This document shows, in pieces, positions 19,520 through 27,231 of a stretch of DNA of 64,000 bases. The first letter of the stretch is position 1, and every line of letters begins with the position of its first letter. Position numbers and translations under genes: made by a program. This DNA is from an uncultured Methylomirabilota bacterium. GTDB lineage: Bacteria > Methylomirabilota > Methylomirabilia > Methylomirabilales > 2-02-FULL-66-22. Location: contig CAWJSJ010000003.1 in assembly GCA_963845565.1 (NCBI GenBank), positions 64,001 to 128,000 of the forward strand. Reading direction: 5' to 3'. The notes under the pieces were generated by a model. That model did no database searches. It was not told the origin of the DNA and was given only the letters and a program-made list of their open reading frames with translations.

Positions 19520-20644
19520 CTAACGCCAGAGCGCCGCCACCCGGTCGTGGAGGACGGGCCGGAACTGCCGGATGGCCTCGTTCCCTCGCGTGGGGTGAAC
19601 GCGGTTCGTCAACAGGACCACGATCAATTCCCGGTCCGGATCGATCCACAACGAGGTGCCGGTGAATCCCAGGTGCCCGACCGTCCGGGGACCGAAGCCG
19701 CCGCCGGCCTGCGACGCGTGCGGTGACGGAGTGTCGAAGCCCAGCGCGCGGGTCGAACCCGTCACCGCCGACTTTTGCCAGAACTCCTTCACCAGGTGCG
19801 ACGCGAAGAATCCGCCGGACCCGAGAAACGACGCCAGCCAGGCATCGGCCACACGGGCCACGTCCTGGACGGTGCCGAACAGGCCCGCCTGCCCGCCCAC
19901 CCCGCCCATGGCGTAGGCGTTGTCATCGTGCACCTCGCCGATCAGCGTGCGCCCGCGCCACGGGCAGCGCTCGGTGGCCGCAAACGCTCGCCCCTCCCGC
20001 GCCTGGGCAGCCGTCGCGGGCGCCGTGAGATCCACGAAGAACAGGCTGCCGAGCGAAAGCGGCCGCGCCAACCACTCTTCGAATAGCTCGTCGATGGGTC
20101 GGCCGTTGATACGCTCCAAGATCCAGTCCAGGAGGATGAAGCCCAAGTCGCTGTACAACGCCCGGCTTCCCGGCGACGCCTCGGGGGTTTCGGCCGCCAC
20201 CATCCGGCGCACGGACTCTCGCCCCTGGAGGGTGGCCAGCCCAGCCCCGTCGTCGGTGGACCGCACCGTCTCGTAGTAGGGCCGCCAGGCTGCCAGGCCG
20301 CTGCTGTGATCCAGCAGCATCCGCACCGTGATGCTCTCCCGGCCCTGCCCGAGAAACCCTTCGAGGCGGCGGTGCACCGGCTCGTCAAGGCCGAGGCGAT
20401 CGTGCTGGATCGAGAGCAGGACCATCGGCGTGGTGGCCAAAACCTTGGTCAGCGAGGCCAAGTCGAAGCAGGTGGATGCATCCACCGGGCCGCGGGGCGG
20501 CTGAAGCGAGCGGCGTCCATGGAACGAGAGGTGCGCCGTCTCTCCGCGCGCTCGCACCAGCAGGGCGGCGCCGGGAAACACCCCGTCGGCAATTCCGGCG
20601 TCCATCAACCGCGTGAGTTCGGAATGGGAGTCGGGCTGGCTCAT
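19520..20644 (-). CDS. Serine hydrolase (beta-lactamase/esterase family)
   Basis: FDLASLTK (SxxK), YSD, GEVHD.NA, GHLGFTGTS and LLTNRVHP motifs. Confidence 0.92.
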   Translation of the reverse strand: MSQPDSHSELTRLMDAGIADGVFPGAALLVRARGETAHLSFHGRRSLQPPRGPVDASTCFDLASLTKVLATTPMVLLSIQHDRLGLDEPVHRRLEGFLGQGRESITVRMLLDHSSGLAAWRPYYETVRSTDDGAGLATLQGRESVRRMVAAETPEASPGSRALYSDLGFILLDWILERINGRPIDELFEEWLARPLSLGSLFFVDLTAPATAAQAREGRAFAATERCPWRGRTLIGEVHDDNAYAMGGVGGQAGLFGTVQDVARVADAWLASFLGSGGFFASHLVKEFWQKSAVTGSTRALGFDTPSPHASQAGGGFGPRTVGHLGFTGTSLWIDPDRELIVVLLTNRVHPTRGNEAIRQFRPVLHDRVAALWR

Positions 20645-20648
20645 GCCC

Positions 20649-21563
20649 CTAATGCACCGCGGGTTCGAGGAGGGTCACGGTCCGCGACCCGGCATCCAGA
20701 CGCGCCCGGACCCCGACCGGAAGCGCCAGGTTTCGCCGGCCGTGGCCGAAGGCTGCCCCCGACACGGCGGGGAGCCCGAGGGCGGCGACCGCCCGCTCGA
20801 GCACGCGTCGGGCGGAGTGCCGGCCGGTACCCTCCGGCTTGCAGCCGGTCAGCTCGCCCACCACGATCCCGCGGACGCGCCTCAGCAGTCCGGCCGACAC
20901 GATTTGCCAGAACAGCCGATCCAGTCGATAGGCCTCCTCCCCGACATCCTCGATGCAGAGAACCGCGTCGCGAAAATCCGGAGCAAAGGGCGTCCCCGCC
21001 AAGCTGGCCAAGATGGCGAGATTGCCGGCCGCCAGTCTCCCTTCGACTATTCCCGGGACCAACGTGCGGGTGCGGCCGAGCGGCAGAGCCCGCGGCGCCG
21101 TGCCCTCACAGAGCAGCGCCTTGAGCCAGCGCAGGTCGGTCCCTGGCAACCGCGACAGTTGAATGACGACCGGGCCGTGGATGGTCACGAACCCATCGGG
21201 CCGGGACAACTGCACCAACAGCGCGGTGGCGTCGGAGAAACCGATGACGAGCTTCGGGTGCCGCCGAAGGCGCGGCAGATCGAGGAGCGGAAGGAGCCGG
21301 GCGGTCCCATAACCGCCGCGGATACACCACACCGCCCGGGTGTCTTCCTCCAGCAACGCCGACGTCAACTGCTCGGCGCGCCGCCCGTCGGCCCCGGCCA
21401 GAAAACCGTCGCGCGCAAACGCGTCCCGATCGACCACCGGGACCAGCCCGAGGTTTTCGAGCACCCGTTGTCCGGCCTGGAACAGATCGGGATCGAACGG
21501 GCTCGCCGGCGCGATCAAGCGGACCCGGTCCCCGTGTTTCAGCAGACCTGGCGTCGAAAGCAT
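20649..21563 (-). CDS. ldcA: LD-carboxypeptidase (peptidase S66)
   Basis: APAS, RGGYG, GFSDAT, HGP, EDVGE and FGH motifs. Confidence 0.92.
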   Translation of the reverse strand: MLSTPGLLKHGDRVRLIAPASPFDPDLFQAGQRVLENLGLVPVVDRDAFARDGFLAGADGRRAEQLTSALLEEDTRAVWCIRGGYGTARLLPLLDLPRLRRHPKLVIGFSDATALLVQLSRPDGFVTIHGPVVIQLSRLPGTDLRWLKALLCEGTAPRALPLGRTRTLVPGIVEGRLAAGNLAILASLAGTPFAPDFRDAVLCIEDVGEEAYRLDRLFWQIVSAGLLRRVRGIVVGELTGCKPEGTGRHSARRVLERAVAALGLPAVSGAAFGHGRRNLALPVGVRARLDAGSRTVTLLEPAVH

Positions 21564-21675
21564 ACCTCACCCACGAAACGCTCGGGCCAAGGCGCCAGGA
21601 CATCCCGCCCAAATCGAACGGGCAGCCGGCGCGGGATCGCACCCGCACCGGCCGCCGCACCCGGGCGTTGGCACC

Positions 21676-22095
21676 TCAGCGCAGCTCGGCCTCGTCCTTG
21701 AACGAATCCCAGTGCGAGAGCTTCACCTCCCCCATGTCCGCCAGCGCCATGACGATGAAGGTCAGGGCCAGGCAGCCCTCTTCAAGATGGCCGCCGAATC
21801 CGTTCCGTTCGTCCGAGAAGTCGATGTGCGCATGGACGCGACCGTCGATGATCAGGCCCCCGACGGCGACCACATCCAGGGGCTGCTCGCTCTTCGGGTA
21901 ACTCTCGGCCGGCGGCAGGGTGTTGCTCATCACGACGTGAAAGTGCGATTTCCGGACGGAGCCGAATCCCGTCAGGATCACGGCATTCTTGAGGGCATGC
22001 TCCTTGACGGCCTGTCGGAGTCCCAGGAGGATGTCATCTCCTGGATTGATACGGACCATGACGATTCGTTTGATCTCGGTAACCCGAGAGAGCAT
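21676..22095 (-). CDS. PPC/DUF296 domain protein
   Basis: R..PG.D, G.GS, HAH and GGHL..G motifs; GGA RBS. Confidence 0.85.
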   Translation of the reverse strand: MLSRVTEIKRIVMVRINPGDDILLGLRQAVKEHALKNAVILTGFGSVRKSHFHVVMSNTLPPAESYPKSEQPLDVVAVGGLIIDGRVHAHIDFSDERNGFGGHLEEGCLALTFIVMALADMGEVKLSHWDSFKDEAELR

Positions 22096-22397
22096 GGCAG
22101 ACTCCTTTCCCGATTCACTGCGAGGGGACGAGACGTGTGGTGGTGATTCTCCGACAGAATCCCGTATCGCGCAAGCCCTTGTTGTTCTCGAGAGGCCCCT
22201 TTGTCGCGAAAAGGACCAAGCGCGCGCCGGCCGCGCAATCGGAGACGATGGCGTCACCACCGGGTGACCGGCCGCCAGGCGTGGATTGTCCCGTTCACCG
22301 AAGAAAGCACTATCCCCGCACCGGTCCGCTATTGCGTCACGCCCACGTTTCGGTATGCTGAAACATCTCCCGACGATGGAAGGGCTGGAGGCGCGGC

Positions 22398-25300
22398 GTG
22401 GCGGACCCGAAGAGCGCATCGAAGAACGGGCGGGAAACCCGGAAGCACCGGCCGCCTGCACGGGGGCAGTCCGCCGCCGCAACGGGCGGTATGGCACGAC
22501 CACGGCGAGGTGGTGCCGCCGCGGCCCTTCGGGAAAGCGAGGAACGCCTCCGAGTCATCCTCGACAACGTGCAGACCGGCGTCTTCATCATCGATCCCGA
22601 CGCTCACACCATCGTCGATGTGAACCCTGCGGCAGTCACGCTCATCGGCACGCCTCGCGGCGAGTTGCTGGGCACGGTCTGCCATAGGCACATCTGCCCT
22701 GCCGAGGTGGGGCATTGCCCGATCACCGACCTCGGCCAGGCGATCGACAACTCCGAACGAGTCCTCCTGCGGAGCGACGGCACGCGTTGCTCGATTCTCA
22801 AGACCGTTGTCCCGATCCGGTTGAACGGGCGGCCCCACCTGCTCGAGAGTTTTGTGGATATCACAGCCCGCAAGGCAGCGGAGGAGCAGCTTCGCACCAT
22901 CAACGAGCGGTTGGCCCTCGCGACCGACGCCGGCGCCATCGGCGTGTGGGAGTGGGATCTCCGGACCAATCACATGATCGGGGATGGCCGAACGCACGCG
23001 ATTTACGGGGTCGAGGACACGAGTCCGGTCCCCTACGCGCGCTGGGCCGAATTGGTCCACCCCGATGACCTGCCGAAGGTCGAAGCCTCGCTCCGACGGA
23101 CGCTGACGACCAAGCAGAGCGACGCGGTGGACTTCCGCATCAACCGACCGGATGGGACGGTCCGGAACATCCACGCCGCCGAAGGGGTCGTCCTGGACGA
23201 GCACCAGGAGGTCGTTCGGATCGTCGGGGTCAATATCGACATCACGGCCCGGAAGCAGGTCGAGCAGGCCCACGTCGCCCGTACGCGGCAGCTTGAGGCG
23301 CTTGGGGCCACAACGGCTGACCTGATCCGGGAACTCGACCTTGCGCCGCTGCTCCGGCTGCTGATCGCCCGCGCGGCGGAACTGGTCGGCGCCGCGTCCG
23401 CAACCGTCTATCTGTGGGAGCCCGACCGGGGGGTGGTGGTCCCGGCAGCCTGGCATGGTTTAGGGGAATGGCAGGCCGCACTCCAGCATCGGCTGGGACA
23501 TGGCATCGCAGGAACGGTCGCCGAGACCCGACAGCGAGTGGTCGCCAACGACTACCGTAACTCTCGTTACGCCAACCCGGTGACGCTTGCTCGCACGGCA
23601 GTGACGGCCTCGCTCGGCGAACCGCTCCTCTACCGAGAGGAACTGATCGGCGCCATCACTCTGAACCACGAAGGTGGGCGGACCTTCACGGAAGAAGACC
23701 AAGGACTGCTTCGGCTTTTCGCCAATCAGGCGGCCGTTGCCATTGCGAACGCGCGGTTTTTCCGCGAGGAACGCGACGGCCGCGCCCAGCTCGAGGCGGT
23801 CCGCGCCGTCAGCGCTGAGATCACCCAGGAACTTAACCTGGCGCATACCCTGCGTCTCGTCGCCCAGCGCGCCTGCGCGCTGACTCGTTCCGCCGCCGCC
23901 GATATCGGCCTGTGGGACCCCGAGCGTCAGATCCTCGTGTCTGAAGCGTCGTACGGCCATATCGCGCCCCGACCCGCGACCACGCGCCGCCTGGGGGAAG
24001 GCGCCATGGGGAGAGTGGCCGAGACCCGCCGCGGGATGATCATCAACGACTATCGCTCGAGTCCGGTCGCTCACCCCGACACACTCGCCCATACCGCCAT
24101 TACCGCCTCTCTGGTCGAGCCGCTCCTGTATGGGGACACCCTCCTCGGCGTGATCGGCGTTGACCACGAAACCCCCGGGCGGACGTTCACCCCCCAGGAC
24201 CAGGAGATCCTTCGTCTCTTCGCGGTCCAGGCGGCCATCGCGATCGAGAATGCCCGGCTGTACGGCGAGGCCGAGCGTCGCCGGCGGGAAGCGGAGGTTC
24301 TGGCCTCGCTGGCGCAGACGATCACGGCATCTCTCGACCTGGACACCGTCCTTCAGCGCGTGACGGAGGGAGCCAGGAGCCTCTGCGATGGCGATGTGGC
24401 AGCCATCGCGTTGCGGAAGGATGGATCCGACACCCTTACCTTCCGCAACTGGTCGGGGACCGTTACCGCAGGGTACGCGGCCCTGCACATCCGAGCGGGC
24501 CAGGGGCTGGGAGGGAGGGTCCTCGTCGAGGGACGGCCCACCCGGACGGCGGACTACCGGAACGACCCGGACATCAGCCCCGATTTCCACCACGTCGCAG
24601 AGACCGAGGGCCTGCATGCCGAGATCGGCGTTCCCGTGCGGATGGAGGGAACGGTGGGTGGCGTCCTTTTCGTGATGCGCCGGACGACGCGCGCTTTTAC
24701 CGATGCCGACGAGGCGATCCTCACACGCCTGGCCGACCAGGCGGCAGTCGCCATCACGAACGCGCGGTTGTTCCGCGACCAGCAACGCGCCTTCCTGGCC
24801 CTCCAGCAAGCGCAGGACAAGCTGGTCCGCACCGAGAAGCTCCGGGGGCTCGGCCAGATGGCGGCGGGTATCGCCCATGACCTGAACAACATGCTGGCGA
24901 CCATCCTGGGCCAGGCCGAACTGCTCCGCCTCCGCGCGCGCCACCCCGAGGTGAGCGAGGGCTTGCAGACGCTCCAGACCGCGGCGAACGACGGCGCCCA
25001 GGTGGTCCGACGGCTCCAGGACTTTGCCCGGCAACGCAGCGGCGGACCGCTCGACGCCTGCGAGCTGGATCGGTTGGTTCCTGAAGCCCTCGAGATCACG
25101 CGACCTCGCTGGCGGGAAGAGCCGCGGCGACGCGGGATCGTCATCGAGACAGTGGTGGATCTTGCCGGGCTCCCCGCGATCCAGGGCAACCCCGCCGAGA
25201 TCCGGGAGATGCTCACCAATCTCATTTTCAACGCCGTGGACGCGATGCCGAGCGGTGGCACGCTGCGCTTCACCGGCCAAGTAATCAATGCGTCCAGTCG

Positions 25301-25994
25301 TCCATCGGCGCTGGACGATACCGGGACGTCCGAATCCACTCCTCGTCACCTTGACGCATCGGCGGGGTGGGTGGAGTTGGCCGTGTCCGACACCGGCTTG
25401 GGCATGACGACCGACGTCCAGCGGCGCGTCTTCGATCCCTTCTTCACGACCAAGGGCCTGCACGGCACCGGGCTCGGCCTCTCCGTGGTTTACGGCATCA
25501 TGGAGCGGCACGGCGGCCGGATTGACGTCACGTCGGCCCCAGGCCAGGGCGCGACCTTCCGCCTTCGGTTCCGGCCAGCCGACCCGGAGGCCGAGACATC
25601 TTCAGGCCACGCAACGCCGGCCGTGGTGCCGTCCCGGAGGATCTTGCTGGTGGACGATGACCCCGCCGTCCGGCAAACCCTGGCCGCCCTCCTCCGGGCG
25701 AGCGGTCAAGATGTCCTCGAGGCGGACGGCGGGGCGGCGGGCCTTCGCCGGCTTGAATCAGCATCCGTGGACCTCGTGATCACGGACCTCGGCATGCCGG
25801 AGGTCACGGGCTGGGATGTGGCGCGCGCGGCCAAGGCGCGACGCCCGGACCTGCCTGTCGTTCTCCTCACTGGGTGGGGCGATCAGGTGGGGGCAGAGGC
25901 ACCCGCAGACGCCCTCGTGGATCGCGTGTTGACCAAGCCCGTCCCCCGCCAGACGGTGCTGGCCGTGATCGCGGAACTCACCGGACCCCGCTAA
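22398..25994 (+). CDS. Hybrid sensor histidine kinase (2 PAS, 3 GAF, HisKA, HATPase, REC)
   Basis: PAS and GAF repeats (QAA.AI.NAR), AHDLNN H-box, N..NAVDA, DTG.G, PFFTTK, GTGLGL, C-terminal REC; start codon uncertain. Confidence 0.93.
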   Translation: MADPKSASKNGRETRKHRPPARGQSAAATGGMARPRRGGAAAALRESEERLRVILDNVQTGVFIIDPDAHTIVDVNPAAVTLIGTPRGELLGTVCHRHICPAEVGHCPITDLGQAIDNSERVLLRSDGTRCSILKTVVPIRLNGRPHLLESFVDITARKAAEEQLRTINERLALATDAGAIGVWEWDLRTNHMIGDGRTHAIYGVEDTSPVPYARWAELVHPDDLPKVEASLRRTLTTKQSDAVDFRINRPDGTVRNIHAAEGVVLDEHQEVVRIVGVNIDITARKQVEQAHVARTRQLEALGATTADLIRELDLAPLLRLLIARAAELVGAASATVYLWEPDRGVVVPAAWHGLGEWQAALQHRLGHGIAGTVAETRQRVVANDYRNSRYANPVTLARTAVTASLGEPLLYREELIGAITLNHEGGRTFTEEDQGLLRLFANQAAVAIANARFFREERDGRAQLEAVRAVSAEITQELNLAHTLRLVAQRACALTRSAAADIGLWDPERQILVSEASYGHIAPRPATTRRLGEGAMGRVAETRRGMIINDYRSSPVAHPDTLAHTAITASLVEPLLYGDTLLGVIGVDHETPGRTFTPQDQEILRLFAVQAAIAIENARLYGEAERRRREAEVLASLAQTITASLDLDTVLQRVTEGARSLCDGDVAAIALRKDGSDTLTFRNWSGTVTAGYAALHIRAGQGLGGRVLVEGRPTRTADYRNDPDISPDFHHVAETEGLHAEIGVPVRMEGTVGGVLFVMRRTTRAFTDADEAILTRLADQAAVAITNARLFRDQQRAFLALQQAQDKLVRTEKLRGLGQMAAGIAHDLNNMLATILGQAELLRLRARHPEVSEGLQTLQTAANDGAQVVRRLQDFARQRSGGPLDACELDRLVPEALEITRPRWREEPRRRGIVIETVVDLAGLPAIQGNPAEIREMLTNLIFNAVDAMPSGGTLRFTGQVINASSRPSALDDTGTSESTPRHLDASAGWVELAVSDTGLGMTTDVQRRVFDPFFTTKGLHGTGLGLSVVYGIMERHGGRIDVTSAPGQGATFRLRFRPADPEAETSSGHATPAVVPSRRILLVDDDPAVRQTLAALLRASGQDVLEADGGAAGLRRLESASVDLVITDLGMPEVTGWDVARAAKARRPDLPVVLLTGWGDQVGAEAPADALVDRVLTKPVPRQTVLAVIAELTGPR

Positions 25995-26108
25995 GACCTG
26001 CCAACCCCTCGGCCCGCTCTCGCGTTGACCAGACCATCGGTCCCTACGCACTCATGCTCGTCGGCAGTGATTCCCGCGTTTGTTCGCGGAAATGGTCGCG
26101 ATTTCCAC

Positions 26109-26161
26109 TTGACAGTCGCACCTTGCCGGGGAACGCTAGCACTCACAGAATCGAGTGCAAC
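26109..26161 (+). promoter_or_regulatory. sigma70-like promoter with overlapping CIRCE-like (HrcA) inverted repeat
   Basis: TTGACA at 26109, 17 nt, AACGCT; CTAGCACTC-N8-GAGTGCAAC at 26136-26161 (consensus TTAGCACTC-N9-GAGTGCTAA). Confidence 0.6.
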
Positions 26162-26209
26162 GAGCGGTCGTATGTGGTGGTCGTGTTTTCGGTATGACGG
26201 ACGATGGAT

Positions 26210-26256
26210 GCCCCGGATTCGCTTCCTGAAGGAGGCGCCGGGGCTCTTGTGTTTTT
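26210..26256 (+). terminator. Intrinsic terminator-like hairpin within the 5' leader
   Basis: GCCCCGG...CCGGGGC stem followed by TCTTGTGTTTTT, upstream of the AGGAGG RBS. Confidence 0.6.
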
Positions 26257-26281
26257 CAGAGGCCACCGAGAGGAGGCTTGC

Positions 26282-26413
26282 ATGAATATCGGCGAACCCA
26301 TCCGCGAGCTCGAGGTGGAGCCGCTCCTTTATCCCGCCGCCCTTCCCGACGCACCGGCCGAGCCGACCCCGGCGCTGGCCCCGGAGCCCGAGCCCGCTGA
26401 GGTTCCGGAGTGA
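26282..26413 (+). CDS. 43-aa Pro/Glu-rich small protein (MNIGEPIRELEVEP...)
   Basis: Strong AGGAGG RBS at 26271; stop overlaps the next start (GTGATG). Confidence 0.75.
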   Translation: MNIGEPIRELEVEPLLYPAALPDAPAEPTPALAPEPEPAEVPE

Positions 26414-26925
26414 TGCCGTCGTTGGTCGTTGGTCCATTGCGGGCGTACCGATGCTGGCACGTAAACTGGGATGGCGACCAGCCGGTGTTGCGGTCGGTGT
26501 ACAACCCGACGATCTGGCCCGCGGACGCTCCGTTACGGGCGACCTGCGTGAAGGGGTCGGGCTCGTTTACGGCCTGGGTCCGCGCCCTGTTCTCGCGCAC
26601 CGCCAAGGCCGCGACGCATCCCGCGCCCGCCTGGGGGTGTCAGTGCGGGGTGTATGGCCTGACCCATCTCCACGGCAATGAACTCGAAGAGGTCCCGCGG
26701 GTGCCGGGGCGTGACCCGGAGCGCGGCGCCGTGGCGCTGGGTGTGGTGCTACTCTGGGGCCGGGTGATCCAACACGCGCATGGGTACCGGGCCGAGTACG
26801 CGCGTCCGCTGAAGATCCTGAAAATCGCCAAGCCACCCCGCGCGCGCGGGGTGGATAGCCTCCTCGACGCCGTGGCACAGCGATACGCGGTCCAGGTCGT
26901 CACGCGCGCGGAGGAACTCGCGTGA
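26410..26925 (+). CDS. Hypothetical protein with C...H..P...CxCG motif (probable Zn site)
   Basis: AYRCW, HPAPAWGCQCGVYG and GVVLLWGRVIQHAHGYRAEYARP; coupled to the upstream peptide. Confidence 0.8.
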   Translation: MMPSLVVGPLRAYRCWHVNWDGDQPVLRSVYNPTIWPADAPLRATCVKGSGSFTAWVRALFSRTAKAATHPAPAWGCQCGVYGLTHLHGNELEEVPRVPGRDPERGAVALGVVLLWGRVIQHAHGYRAEYARPLKILKIAKPPRARGVDSLLDAVAQRYAVQVVTRAEELA

Positions 26926-27231
26926 TCCTGTCCAAGCGTGACTCGGCAGCCATCGCCGTCGCGGGCCCGGGTGAAACGAGCCCGCCCGATCCCGCGCCGA
27001 CCTTCTTTTCGTCGTCCGCTTCCGCTTGACAGGCCTGCGGCCTTCCGATAAAGTCTTGATCGGAGATATTTTGAATCCTGCTTTGTTGTCGAGCAAGAAG
27101 GCCCTGGAACCAGACCCGCCCGATCAGGGAACCCCTTCCTCCCGCTCGGCCGCAGCCCGCACAACGAACGACGCATCCGATCCGGCACGACACCGGGTTC
27201 GCTGGGCTGATCCTCCATCCGGAGATCGCGA

